64,000 nucleotides of DNA from Octopus vulgaris (lineage: Eukaryota): the NCBI GenBank assembly GCA_951406725.2, contig OX597823.1, forward strand, positions 32,240,001-32,304,000. Direction: 5' to 3'. The translations under genes and the position numbers were made by a program. Positions 13,250-27,786 of this stretch are shown here, one piece after another. Within the stretch, counting starts at the first letter, position 1; each line of letters starts with the position of its first letter. The notes beneath the pieces were generated by a model. The model did not search any database, was not told the origin of the DNA, and saw nothing but the letters and a program-made list of their open reading frames with translations.

Positions 13250-14005
13250 GCATGGTTGAGCAAGTCTTCCTGAGTACTGCATATCACCAATCATCTTAGT
13301 TCTTTGTCATCTCTTCTGTGAGTCTCAGCATCCTGAAAGCACCCTTCACCACCTCATCCCATGTCTTTCTCCTCCACAAATTCCAATTCACAACCATTCT
13401 AATCCATATCCATCACTTGCCCAAACCAAAGAATTCTTCTCTTCCATAATACATCAGATTCCTCTTATGCCCAGTTTTTCTCTCACTGCATTTGTAGTCC
13501 ATCAATCATGCAAACTGACACTGCACATCCAGCAGAGCAGGCTTGCTTCATTTCTTTCTAATCTTCAAAGGTCCTTCACATTCAGCACCCACACAACATT
13601 ACTGCAATGCATTGCAGTTTGTACACAAGCTTCATACAGACAACTTTTCACCCTGAAAGAGTAACCTTCTATTACCAATAACAGTAATAGATCTCTGAAT
13701 TTTCCTCACCCTGCTTTTACTCTTGCTATTAGAATTTCAGAATGTCTTCTTTCCACTACAAATTAGGTCACCTAGATAATAGAACCTACCAACTGTCTCT
13801 AGGGATATTTGAGGGTATCTATTTCTAGTGTACTCTTAAAGTTCGTTGCGTCTGTCACCCACAGTTTGCTTTCTCTGTTAACCTACCTACGATTGCACTG
13901 CACCTCCTGTGTGTCCAGAGTTTGCATTGAGTACACTGAATCAAATTTCTGCCCTACTCCTTTTCTACATATCAAGTAAAGTAATTTCTCTGATGGTAAC
14001 AGGGT
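13250..14005 (-). mobile_element. RTE LINE fragment (same family as 8134-9850)
   Basis: Minus strand gives LICRKGVG, IQCTQCKLWTHRRCS, a YLG motif and downstream RT C-terminal sequence. Confidence 0.8.
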
Positions 14006-14058
14006 ACTGTCTGTTTGTGTATGTATGTGTGTATGTGTGTATGCATGCATATGTGTGT

Positions 14059-14129
<71 letters not shown>

Positions 14130-14240
14130 AACATACATATATACATCTTACATACATGCATATATACATCTTAAATACATGCCTACATACACACACACAC
14201 ATGCATACACACACATGCATACACACACATAACATAATAT

Positions 14241-14540
14241 GAAGGTGCATCGCTTAGTGGTTAGGCTGTTGCACTCACAATAGCAAGATTACAGGTTCAA
14301 TTCCCAGAATGGGAATTGCATTGTATTCTTAAGGAAAGCACTTCATTTCATGTTGCACTGCAATAATTTCAACATCTGACATGTGCTACATGTTGCACCT
14401 GTACAGGTAATTCTGAACTCATGGAGGGAGTGAGCTTATGTCTACACAAACATTTGATCACTGTAAACAAATCATCTGTGTGGTTGTTCAATAAGAAATT
14501 GTCAAACCTTCATACGTCGTCTAACGACAGGAGAGTCCTT
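14241..14540 (+). mobile_element. Degenerate tRNA-derived SINE (separate family)
   Basis: A-box-like GCTTAGTGG, B-box GGTTCAATTCC, then a CORE-like segment; flanked by microsatellites. Confidence 0.6.
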
Positions 14541-14588
<48 letters not shown>

Positions 14589-14669
14589 TACTTATAAGTA
14601 AAATAGATTCATACATAATAGCAATAATAAAAACCATTTGTAGAACTAAATTTATTTATGCTTTTGTGT

Positions 14670-14842
<173 letters not shown>

Positions 14843-15696
14843 GTGTATGCACACACACAAATGCATGAATACATACACACACACACACAGTCTTATACAT
14901 ATTGCAGGATTTTAGGAATAAAAGCAAAAATCAAAAAAGTCAAAATAAAAAGAGAAGCAAAATCTCTAATACATTTTGGCTAAGTCTTTCATAAACTTTA
15001 TGGTTTCTCTATGATTCTCAAAGCTGAAAACTTGTTCAGATTCCTGAGCATTTTTCCAAACACCTGTTAATTGGCATATCATGGAGGAACCGATAAGAAT
15101 AGGAGCCAGAAGGGCTGGAAATTATCATCATCATCACCACCACCACCACCACAACCATCATCACCATTAATAAAGCATATCATCATTATTGCTGTTGTTG
15201 TTGTTGTTGTTGTTGTTATCATCAAATGAATATAAAAGATGTAAGCGCAGTTGGAGTCTGCTTAAGTAATAAATATCTGTCCTCCTCTCTTGCATAAAAC
15301 TTTAATGCTGTAGTAATGATAACGGCAGACTTTCTTGCAATGATTGAATTTCCCAAATTCCTATTGTTGTTGTAAATATTATTGATGTTTTTTTGCAGTT
15401 GCTATTGTTTTTGTTATTCTTCTTGTTTTTGCAGTTGCTGTTATATTTAAATAAACAAAGCTCACACACAGAACGTTTCTGCTTTCTACAGTAAAATGCC
15501 TTATGGCATTCGATGCTGTTAAAGCAGAGAGATAAAGCTAGAGCTAAGTGTGTGTTTCCATTAGCAAAGCTCATTAATGTGATTATATTAGAGAGAGATA
15601 GGCTCAGCTAAACCCTCTAATTACTACCACTACTACTACTACCAGCCCCACCCCCTCTTCCTTCTCCTCCTCATCATCTTTGTAGTGGTGGTGGTG

Positions 15697-15917
<221 letters not shown>

Positions 15918-16539
15918 TGTCTTCAGTGATGGATGAGGCATTTCAGTTCCTGGAAAACAATCTTACAAATATTCAAAGCTAATAAACACCAAGTGAGAAT
16001 GTTTATAATAATACTTACATATTCTACTATTCTTATTTTTTGGAATATATCAGTTTCCATCATCATATTGAACTAATTTTCTGCAGAGTATTTTCAGTTA
16101 AGGATAAGTTACGGCACTTCCAGCCTTTACAGTTAATTTCTTTTTTCATTATTGAAAAAAGAAAATTCTAGTAAACCTCAACCTGAAACAATGAATTAAA
16201 TAAATATAATACTAAGGGAACTATGATACACAAAACTTTTCATTAAAAAAAATCAAAGCATAATATAAAGAATGCAGCAGAAAGCATAGTTCCTCTAAAA
16301 CTGAAGTTTCTCAACTGGACATCAACTAACCACAGCATTAAAACCTGAGAAATAACTCAACATGACTCAGATTAGAACATGATGCTCTTAACTTAATGAA
16401 GAGCATAAAATTCTCAAAAGCAATCTGAGAAGTCCAGTAAAAGGCAGCAGAATGATATAAAAACAATAAACTCTTTGTACACATTTGTATTTAGGTACAA
16501 AATAAACTTAGGAACTTACAGCATTGAAAGATTGCAGCA

Positions 16540-16800
16540 ATGGTACGTACCACAGGCAGGTTATTAGAATGTTGCTGCAAGATGAATTCTTCAAGGTAAG
16601 CCAACAGGCAAGAGACCTAAGGGTGGACCAAAAATGAGATAATTGAATAATATCCAGAGTCTCAGTTGTTCATTTTTGCAAATCCATTTAGAAAATATAA
16701 TGACGGTTGCTTCTGACAGGACCCTATGGAGTGGGAGCCAGAGGACTTTACCTCCATCACTTTTCAAGGAATAGTGGTTGGGAAAGATGGATGGCTTCAT
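16540..16800 (+). mobile_element. Degenerate RTE LINE 3' fragment
   Basis: Translates KPTGKRPKGGPKMR*LNNIQ..VASDRTLW, the RTE C-terminal GxRxxGxPxxRW..A.DR..W motif. Confidence 0.6.
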
Positions 16801-17057
16801 GGATAAATGACCAAACAACAGATGCAGTTAAGAAGGAGTTTATCAACATATTCAAAAAGTTATATCCAACATATTATATCTAACATAAAATGGTAGTGCT
16901 CCAGCATGGTCACAGTTTGTGAGCTGAAACTAGTTCAATTCAATTCATTTCATATTTAACAATCATGGTAAATATGAATTTCAATTTTGTTAATTTCATT
17001 TGATATGTTACTCTAAAGTTAAATATTGCTAAATATTGCCCAATGACATATTACAGT

Positions 17058-17218
17058 ATTTCATCTGCCGTTACGTTCTGAGTTCAAATTCCGCCAAGGT
17101 CGACTTTGCCTTTCATCCTTTCGGGGTCGATAAATTAAGTACCAGTTACGCACTGGGGCCAATGTCTGTCCTTGTTTGTCCCCTCTGTGCGTAGCCCCTT
17201 GTGGGTAGTAAAGAAAAA
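17058..17218 (+). mobile_element. SINE with a Deu/Nin-like central domain
   Basis: B-box GAGTTCAAATTCC, then GCCTTTCATCCTTTCGGGGTCGATAAATTAAGTACCAG. Other copies at about 18991-19205(+), 22185-22390(-), 26243-26462(-), 38060-38273(-), 41815-42395(+), 51693-51900(+) and 56190-56412(+). Confidence 0.8.
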
Positions 17219-17629
17219 ATTAATTGAAATATCTTGGACCTGAGTGCATATCTGACTTGCGTCTCTGCATAGGATTCTCTACAGCTAGTTACACTATGGT
17301 CAATGCCTGGCTGAAGGATGAAAGAAGTGCTTCAATGACCTGTGGACACCTTTAATAGTGGAAACCATTGCTACTTGCTGCTTGTATTGTTGGTCTTAAT
17401 CAATGGAAGGAGATTGGAAATACGAAAAAGAAATGCATTCCTGATTACCAGAAGTGCCAGAAGAGGCATGCAGTGTTATATGTGGCACTCTCAAGCAAAT
17501 ATTTACATTCCTGTCTGTGACCAGGACTGTTCATCAAGGATTTGGATGATTTCGATGTAAAGTCACCGAAGAATCACAAATGAAGATGGTTATCACCAAA
17601 TTCGATGAACAGCATTGAATAAAAATTTT

Positions 17630-17697
<68 letters not shown>

Positions 17698-18149
17698 ATG
17701 TGTGTGTGTGTGCGTGCATATGTGTGGTGCATCTGTACAAGCAATGAATCTGTATATGCAGTGCATGTATGTGCCCGCATATGTTTGTGTGCACTTGTGC
17801 ATGCATGTATTTGTGTGCATGTGTGTGTGAATGCATGTGCATATGTGCGTATGTGCATGTGTGTGTGTGTGTGTGCATATACACTGCTTAATGATTAATT
17901 TCTGATTCTGACTATGGTCTTTAACATTAATATATCAATGTTCAATCTGTTTTGCTTACGTCAAGACAATCTGATGTTGCTAAACTAGAGGAAGCATCAC
18001 AGAAATTTGGTATCTTGTTGCTTTAATAAAACAGAGAATCAGATCTGGGAACAACTTTTCACTTCTCATTAGCTTCCTGTAAAGATGGTTTTCTTTTCTG
18101 GTTTTATTTCTTAAGCTTTTGTATGTATGTATGTATATATAAATATAAA

Positions 18150-18620
18150 AATGGAACAAAAACGTAACAGAGGACAATAAAAACATTCAGACAGATAGAT
18201 GATACAAAGGTGGACAAGAGAAACAACAATTAGAAGGACAGGCAAAAAAAGACAAGACATTCGTGGCCCTCTTTCCTCAGTCAAGCGCCAGACGTCACAA
18301 TCATTTCGGGCTGTTACACTTGAGACAGTTCGATCTGGTTGCACCCACAAAAAGTCTAAGCATTAGACCCCTTTGTAAGAAAGCAAGCGAATGTGTATGA
18401 TAATAAAGACAAAAAAACAGAGAACATGGTACACAATTACAAATACAAACAACAAGAAATAACAACAGGTGTCTTTCGACTGAGAACAAATCAAATTGAG
18501 CTGGCATGTATGAAGTGAATGCCTAAAGGCAGGAACATGGGAGATGGACATAAGAGGTATTGGCAGTTGGTGGTCAGGCCAAGAAAGAAAGATCATGGCT
18601 GGCCAGACACCGGTCACGTG
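18150..18620. mobile_element. Unclassified dispersed repeat (inverted homologue at about 58500-58870)
   Basis: AACAACAGGTGTCTTTCGACTGAG and neighbouring blocks are reverse-complementary to 58555-58580 and adjacent sequence. Confidence 0.6.
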
Positions 18621-20019
18621 CAAGTAGAGATGGGTCGGGGGCAGCGGGATTGAAGGATTATGCATGTATGTATGTATGTATGTATGTGTGTGTATGTATT
18701 TATGTATGTGTATGTATGTATATATGCATGTGTCTATGTGTGTATATATGTATATATGTATGTATCTGTGAATGTACGTGTGAATGTATGTGTGTGTGTG
18801 TATGTCTGTGTGTATGTATGTATGCATGTATGTATGTATATATACATGTGAGTGTGTGTTTGTGTATGTATGTATGAACGACTCAATCAATATACATATT
18901 CACGTATATATATGCATGCATATATGTATTCATGTGATTTTAATTTAAATATTAAATTGCAATGAATCTTAATATTAAAAGCACAGAAAGGTGTGGCGAG
19001 CTGGCAGAATCGTTAATATGCCATGCAAAATGCTTAGTGGCATTTCATCTGTCTTTATGTTCTGAGTTCAAATTCCACCAAGGTTGACTTTGCCTATCAT
19101 CCTTTCGGTATCAATAAAACAAGTACCATTTGAGCCCTGGGATCAATGTAATCAACTTGCCCTTTTCTCTGAAATTGCTGGTCTTATGCTAAAATTTGAA
19201 TACCAGTATCAGACACACACATACATACAATACTAAAGTGGATTTAAATATTAAATTGCAATGAATTTAACATGAAAAAGATGTATGCGCTTATACCATA
19301 TAAATGCACACACACACACAATGCATGCACAACAAACTTGATTTGAATATTAAATTTCAAATTAAATTTTGATTTGTAAAGAAGAGAAGAGAGGAATAAA
19401 ACACAGATTTGAAAAATTGGAGAAATATTGATAGAAGAAGAAAAAATATTTCCTCTGGCAGAGAAAGTGAGGAGCAAAAATATGAAATATAAACAAATTT
19501 TTTAAAAAATGGTATAAATCTTAGGAAACTATTTCTTTTCCCTCTAAAAAGCAATAAAAAAAATCAGATATGAAAAAAGAGAAAGGAGAAAAGTGAAATC
19601 AAAATATAATTAATGGATCAAATGTTGAAATTGGATGCAAAATGTGTCAAAAATATTAAAATTATTTGTTTCATGTTTTGTGTTAAATCTGTAAATATGA
19701 AATAAGAGAGAGAGAGAGAGAAAAAGAAAGAATAAAACAGAAAGGGAGAAAAGGAAGAAAGAGAGAGCAAAAGAGAGAAAGAAAGAGAGCAGGTGGAGAG
19801 AGGAGGAAGAGGAACAATTTGTTCATTATATGGTTCGTAGAAATCCGTAAATTAATAAGTATTTTGTAAATTATATCTCTGCATGTTTAGGTATATTTTT
19901 CTTTATATAGAGAGAAAAATCTGTTCAATGTGTTGGCAGAATATAAAAGTATATTCTGTTATACAATTGAAAATAAAAACTAAAATACATATTAAAATAT
20001 ATACAAGTCTTGATATTTA

Positions 20020-20890
20020 GCTCAGACCCAGAATACTAAGTTTATTTCCAATGCTGTAGTCCTCAGGCAGACAGAAATTACACAAATCAATGCTATGCTG
20101 TTGAACTCACAGACATGCTGGGCAGAACACATTTTCAGCACAAAAGAATCATTGCCTACTCATGGCTGTGCTATATGGTGAACTTTCTACAGGATACCAT
20201 GGCAGGGCGGTGACATGAAAACAAAATATAAGAACACTTACAAAGTCCATTGGTATCTGAAACAGTGAATATCAATAGTTGTTTGCTTTAGTGTTCAGTC
20301 ATGAGGTTTGGTGATATATTCATTAGTCTTACAGTTCTATATTTAAGAGATGAAGAATTATGCACATTATTTATATTATTTACATTATTTACATTCAACA
20401 GATATTTGTCCTCATCTTGTTTGTTGTTAACACGTTTCGGCTGATATACCCTCCAGGCTTCATCAGGTATCTTGGGGAAATTTCAAACCTGGGTTCTCAT
20501 TCTTAAGGTATTTTTCTCTGCCTTGAGAAAAATACCTTATTATTATTATTATTCAGGTCACAGCCTGGAATCGAACTTGAATCTTGGGGTTAGTAGCCTA
20601 TGCTCTTAACCCCTATGCCATATCCGTCAAATGTAAATAATGTAAATAATATAAATAATGTATTCATTAGTCTGTTTTCAAGAATGCATGTAGAAGTGCT
20701 TTTGAGAACAAAAGCAGATTAAGGAAGAAACAAGAGAAACCATCACCAAACACTGAACAAAATTTCCCCTGTAGCCACTGTGGATGGGCCTGTCTATGTC
20801 ATACTCACCTGGTCAGAAACCAGTGAGCCTGCAGTCAATATACATGACCTTCTTGAAACTTTGTGCATTCAGGAAGCCAAGTCATGATAA
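20020..20890 (+). mobile_element. Old RTE/BovB-type LINE 3' fragment interrupted by an HHR-SINE
   Basis: FISNAVVLRQTEITQINAMLL..WAEHIF..VLYGEL lies before the insertion and FPCSHCGWAC..HLV after it. Confidence 0.7.
20330..20660 (-). mobile_element. tRNA-headed SINE with hammerhead-ribozyme tail, 13-bp TSD
   Basis: Minus strand: tRNA-like head (B box AAGTTCGATTCC), (AAT)n, then CTGATGA-AGCCTG..CAGCC-GAAAC (20434-20466). TSD TATTCATTAGTCT at 20317-20329 and 20661-20673. Confidence 0.85.
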
Positions 20891-23800
20891 TGTTCAAGCA
20901 GTGTTACATTTGTGCCAGGCAAAGAGTCTGAGGAAAATCTGTAATAACAATTGCATCTTTTTCACCTGTCACTGCATAATAATAGGTGTGTGGTTGGCTG
21001 ATGGACAGGTAAATGAATAGACTAACAGAGAAAAGGATGGATGGGTAGTGGGGTGGATGGAAAGATAGACAAATGGACAGAGGACAGACCAAAAAACGGA
21101 TGGAAAGACAGAGAGAAGGACTGATGGATGAAGAGACAGATGGACAAATGAACGAACAGAGGACAGACAGATGGATGAATGGATGGATGGATGGGCAGAT
21201 AGGTAGACATAAGGTTGGATGGACAGATGGATAAATGGATAAATGAATGGCTGGATATAAATATGGATGGAGCCAATTACAGTTGTAGCAGGAGCATCAT
21301 AAACTGCTACATTGGCAAATATGAAATACTAGAGAAAGTAAACTATGGAAGAATGAAATTGATGAACCAGGTTATGAAAGTTAGAGAAAGAAAGGAGCAG
21401 GTATGAGATATAGTTCAGCTTTATGCCACAAAGAGGTACTACTGCTGTTATTTTCCTAAGGGGGAAATATATATCTAAGAATAAGCCTTTATGCATGAGA
21501 AAGCTTTTGGTAGAGTCTCATGTTTCAACAGGGACCCCGGAGAAACTAAGAGCAGATGAATGACTTGTAAGGGTCAAACAAGCTGTGTACAGGGGTGTAG
21601 TTAGCAAGGTAAGAATGCAAAGTAAGTTGAGTGATGAGTTTAGAGTACAAGTATGGGGTCAGTCAGTCTCCAGTCATCAGTCTTCAATCCTCTCTTGTTT
21701 CTTCTAGGTCAGAGAAGTGTAAGACCAGTGAGAGAACTTTTGTGTATGTGTGTGTGTGTGTGTGGATAACTACACTGTCTGCAATCAAGATTTTTTTCCC
21801 CAAGGGAATGTCTCTTTTGCTATACATTGACAATATTTCAGATTGCTTTTTTAATAAGGGTGTTTTGGTTATGAGGGAGAAAATTACTGGTGTTCAAGTA
21901 GAGCTGAATACCAGTGTCTCCATTTGTGGTCTAGACTCACTGCCACAACCACCAACCTTTTAGTGGTTGACACCATAAAAATGAAAAACAGCAGAAGTTT
22001 TCACCATATTGCAAGAACTCTACCAGATCATAATTAGGTCGATTGAATATTAATCAATATTTCATGCAGTTACAGAAAGAAAAGAATGGTCAGCAAATGG
22101 AGCTGAAAGGTTTTTCAAGATAGCCTTCTTTGAAATTTGAACTTGACAAATAATATTAACTTTTGGTAGTATTGGTTTTGAAATGTAGGTCCTAGGCCAG
22201 CAATTTTAGGGCAAGAGGGCAAGTCATTTATATTGATCCTACTACTCAGCTGATACCTACTTTATCAATCCTGAAAGGATGAAAGACAAGGTTGGCCTCA
22301 GTGGCATTTGAACTCAGAACATAAAGAGCCCTCAAAAAATGTCATTAAGCATTTTGTCCAGTGTAGTAATGACTGTAAGCTTGCTGCCTTATATCTTTGA
22401 TAATATTGACCAAAGATTATCACCACAGGTGAATAATGATACTATGTTTGGTGATATCCAACCAGGTATCTGTGATGCCAATTTTCAAAAGGCAGTGATA
22501 GTAAAAAAAGAAAAGTTTAATTTTCATACCTAAAGGTTCTAGGGAACATTATTGAACTTCCTGGAATTCAACTCTCTTGGATACATTTTCTTGTTGCATC
22601 TGGAGACCATGTGTCTTTCAACACAAGTTGAATATATTTTTCATCCCTAAACCTTCTCTCAAAGATATTATTTCTGTTGTAACTGTCAATGATGTTCTAA
22701 TTTATAAGATAAATTTCAGCTCTTGTCCTTTGATAATTTATTATTTTTTTACTCATACGTATAACATGCATTTAACAAATTGTACATTATGTATATTTAA
22801 AATGTATAGTATTATAAATAAACCTTACTGAAGATAAGATAATTCTTTCTTTAAGTAATATTTCAACATGTCAACATAACACAACCTACAGATCTAACTG
22901 TATGCATCATGTTATACTGTGCATTGTACACTTCCATTTATTTTGGACAGTCTGTCACTTTTGTTGAAAATGCAAAGTAAATGGAAAGACAAATTGAGAG
23001 TAAATCGCTTTTGTCACTTTTGTCTGCAAAAGTTTGTTCTCCTCAACCTCCTATGAATCAAGCCTCTGGCAAAGATGCTGCAATCTTTTTCACTGATACG
23101 AATGCAGCAAGTGAATTGATGTTCAGCTGCATTAATGATATTGTTGCCAAATAAAACAAGCTGGTTGACGAAAGTATGTGGCATATGATCAAGCGACAAA
23201 CAGCTGAACTTATTACGGACAATCAACTGGGCAAATTGCCACAATAATCAGTAGGTTCAGTAATCCATGAAATTGTTGAAAGTCAGAAGACAAATAGTGA
23301 TTTTGATCTTTAGACTGTCATTCTCGTTTTAGATCTATTTATTCAAAGCATTGGCACCATTTTTCAATGGAAAGTTGTAATATCATGAGGAGTCTTTACC
23401 ATTTTAAACTTCAGTCAGAAAAGAAGGCAGTGCTCACAGACGACAGATGTGAGTCTATCAACATAGCATAAAACCAACTCTGTACAATAATAACAATAGT
23501 AATTCTTACTAATGTCATTTATGTGTAACTGAGAAATATTACATCACAAACCACCACACACCAACAATGAACTGAAAGTCAACAATTGCTACACAAAAGT
23601 GCGTATGGTCTGTCAGCATGTACAATACTTTCACTAATTGATTTAAGTGCCATTGTAGTCACATGATGACACAGACCCTTCTCAGTTCTCTCACCCTTCA
23701 CCAAACGTAGTATCCAGAATGTGGGAGTTGAGAGGAAAGCGAGTTGCAACTACAGGGTTTAGCATCTATGAAAGGATGGAAGGCAAAGTGAAACTTGGTG

Positions 23801-24031
23801 GAATTTGATGAGAGCACAGGGAACCAGAGCAAAAAATGTTAATGCATTCTCCCCAATGCTCTAAAGGCTCAACAAAACAACTGCCTTATACAGAAATACA
23901 GAGTTAATGTCAACTGGCAGATGGAGTACAAAATATTTATGATCACTTTTCAAGAAAATAGAGTACTAATACTGTCACACACCACATGTCATACCTCCAT
24001 CTAATCTACTGCTTCAAGAAGTACAGCAATG

Positions 24032-24523
24032 GTATGTATGTATGTATGTATGTATGTATGTATGTATGTATGTATGTATGTATGTATGTATGTATGTATG
24101 TGTGTGTGTGTATATGTATGCATGCATGTATGTGTATGTAAGTATGTCTATGAATGTATGTATGTGTATGTATGTATGTATGTATGCATGCATGCATGTA
24201 TGTGTATGTATGTGTATGTATGTATGTATGCATGCATGCATGCATGTGTATGTATGTATGTATGTATGTGTATGTATGTATGTATGTGTATGTATGTATG
24301 TATGTATGTATGCATGCATGCATGTATGTATGTATGTATGTATGTATGTATGTATGTATGTATGTATGTATGTATGTATGTATGTATGTATGTATGTATG
24401 TATGCATGCATGTATGTGTATGTATGTATGTGTATGTATGTGTATGTATGCATGCATGCATTATGTGTATGTATGTATGTGTATGTATGTATGTGTATGT
24501 ATGCATGCATGCATGCATGTATG
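24032..24523. repeat. (ATGT)n/(ATGC)n compound microsatellite
   Basis: Direct reading. Confidence 0.97.
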
Positions 24524-24720
24524 TGACAGACAGACATACAGACACATAGAGAACACAAAATTTTCTTTCTGACAAAATTTCTTTTTCATATCTTGTTTGA
24601 TATTTCATGAAAAACAAATTTCTAATCTTTCAGTCTTATCAACTCATCAATCATCACTCCCTCATTCAAACATCAAATTTCAGTTTTGCTTTATCTTAAA
24701 ATTATAATTCTGCTTAAATT

Positions 24721-24856
<136 letters not shown>

Positions 24857-25547
24857 ATTGCATTTTTCTGCTTCACCATTCCTAAATAATATGTCTTATT
24901 TTCACATGAATCCACTAGAAACCATTGATCACATGACTAAAATACCTAAAGTGATCCTGTCCAGCGATGACCAAATCAATTCCCAAATATTGAACACCAG
25001 TATAACCATTATCAGTAATAGTCTCAGATTGATTAAATCAACTCTACTTCTTCAAGATATATTTATCTTCTACCAAGTAATGAAATCCAAACCCAAAATT
25101 ACATCACACACTTTCTCTCTCTCGCTCTTCATCATTCTCTCTCCTTCTCTCTTGCTCTCCGTCTCTCTTGCTCTCCTTCTCTCTCTTTCTCTTTGTCTCT
25201 CCCTCTGATTGGGGAACCATAAATCCTACTCTAAAGCAAGACACCTATTTCTATCTCTCTGTCACACCCTAACCTCTCATCACCTGGCACAAGGCCATCT
25301 CCAGTATCCCACTTCTCAAAAGACCTTTGTCTTGTGAGGTACTTGGTGACCCCACCAGTGCTGGTGCCACATAAAAAGCATCCAGGCCACTCTGTGAGGT
25401 ATTTGGCATTAGGAAGGGCATCCAGCCATAAAAACCATGCCAAAACAGACAGTGAAGCCTGATGCAGTCTTCTGACTTATCAGCTCCTGTCAAACTGTTC
25501 AGCCCATGCCAGCATGGAAAACAGATACTAAATGATGATTATGATTA

Positions 25548-25585
<38 letters not shown>

Positions 25586-25594
25586 CATGTGTAT

Positions 25595-26140
25595 ATGATG
25601 GCCGTCCATTCGTGACCAATGAAGACCAATGCTGACCTTCAGGAACATTGTGCACTCTAGGATATAGGAAAAAAAAAGCACCACATATTGAGCAGGGGTC
25701 AGTAATGCCTGTACAGAGTTTTAGATCCAAAAAGGCTTGCACAACACCTCATAGACCCTCTCCACTTTATTGACATTATCCAGAGACAAGCCAGAGCAAG
25801 ATGTCTGGCGCCAATATGAGTCGCAGGATATGGGAGTGCCATAATCTCTAGCACAAACCAAAAGATCCCCAAAATGTCCAATACCATTCCCTGAATATCT
25901 GGTTTTATATAAGAGTGACCTTCTGGGGTGCCTCCTTCTGGGTGGTCTTCTAGCATACCAGATACCATTCCAGAAATTCTGCATACCTATGCTATTGCTA
26001 GATAACCATTAAACCTGCACTAGGTTCATCTGACCTTTCAACAGGTCTTGTTTTTAATCCTGCTGGGTTTCTAGCAACCCTCCCCACCAGGGTAGCCTGG
26101 TTGGGGTGCTGGTATAGTCACCGACAGGCCAACCATGCAA
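25595..26140 (-). mobile_element. Probable non-autonomous retroelement (RTE-like 3' end)
   Basis: GC-richer island between microsatellites. The minus strand ends ..GAATGGACGGCCATCAT, like RTE tails. No coding motif was recognised. Confidence 0.4.
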
Positions 26141-26165
26141 CATACATACATATAGTTGTTTTCTT

Positions 26166-26242
<77 letters not shown>

Positions 26243-26479
26243 CCTTTCTACTATAGGCCCGAGACCTGAAATTTGAGGGTGGGTGTGCTAGTTGATTGCA
26301 TTGGCCCCAGTACTCAGCTGGTACTTAATATATTGACCCCACCAAATGGATGAAAGGTAAAGTTGATCTTGGAGGCAATAGCTTTCAGAACATAAAGCTG
26401 GAAGGAAAGCTGCTAGACATTTTGTCCAGCATCTTGATGATTCCACCAGTTCACCATCTTAATGGTGGTGATGTTGATA

Positions 26480-26510
26480 ATGCTGCTGCTACTGCTGGTG
26501 TTGCTGCCGC

Positions 26511-26571
<61 letters not shown>

Positions 26572-26848
26572 GGTAGTGGTAGTGGTGGTGGTGGTGGTGG
26601 TGGTGGTGGTGGTGGTGGTGGTGGTGGTGGTGGTGGTGGTGATGATGATGATGATGATTATGATGATGGTGGTGGTGGTGATGATGATGATGATGATGAT
26701 GAAAGGAGGAGGAGGACGACGAGAAGAAGAAGAAGAAGAAGAAGAAGAAGAAGAAGAAGAAGAAGAAGAAGAAGAAGAAGAAGAAGAAGAAGAAGAACAA
26801 CAACAACAACAACAACAACAAAACAAGAAGAGGTGGTGGTGGTGGTGA
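26480..26848. repeat. Compound trinucleotide array (GCT)(GAT)(GGT)(GGA)(GAA)(CAA)
   Basis: Direct reading; it is the source of the poly-D/G/R/E ORFs. Confidence 0.95.
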
Positions 26849-27327
26849 AAACTTTCTATTTTTATGCTTTTCCTGACACACTGTTGTGCATTATTTTTAT
26901 CCACAAACTTTTATAGATTAACTTTTAGCTAATGCAGATCCTCAGAATCCTTCAACTAAGGATCTCACTGTAAACTATTAAGAATAAGACAATGCTTCTT
27001 CTATGCAAGAATGAAAGCTATATAGCAATCGGTTTCCCTTATAACGAGGCACACATTCTTTATTCTAATATTCTTTTATTCTAACATTCTTTTATATTAA
27101 CAGTCTTTTATTCTTTTACTTGTTTCAGTCATTTGACAGCAGCCATGCTGGAGCACCACCTTTAGTTGAACAAATCGACCCCAGGACTTATTTTTTGTAA
27201 GCCTAGTGCTTATTCTGTTGGTCTCGTTTTGCTGAACTGCTAAGTTACAGGGACATAAACACACCAACGTCGGTTGTCAAGCGATGGTGGGGGAACAAAC
27301 ACAGAGACAAATAACAAACACACAGGT

Positions 27328-27394
<67 letters not shown>

Positions 27395-27703
27395 TATAAA
27401 TAAATGGATTTTAACGCAGGTATAATTCAAATACTTTTACTTCCAACACATGTTTTGAAGATTTCACTGATATTATTCCAAAGGAATAAATGGTGTAAAA
27501 CAATGTAATCTTCTCTTCAGGGAAGTGAAGAAATGAAACTCATCAATAAGACATTTTAACAGAAAATAATGGATATGTATAGTGATTTACTGAACGCTAT
27601 TAATATTGTTTGAAAAAAAGTTATATGATATAGCATCAGAAGTAGCCTATAGAAAGAGGAGGGATATTTTTTTAGTGAATGTTAACAAGGGAAAAATACA
27701 CTC

Positions 27704-27786
<83 letters not shown>

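Noticed and set aside
23014-23244. 76-aa non-repetitive ORF as a host exon
   Set aside because: No convincing splice sites or recognisable motif.
26060-26140. HDV-like ribozyme at the 5' end of the RTE-like element (minus strand)
   Set aside because: GGTTGG/CCAACC and a P4-like hairpin are visible, but P2, P3 and J4/2 could not be assigned by eye. An RNArobo/Infernal search would be needed.
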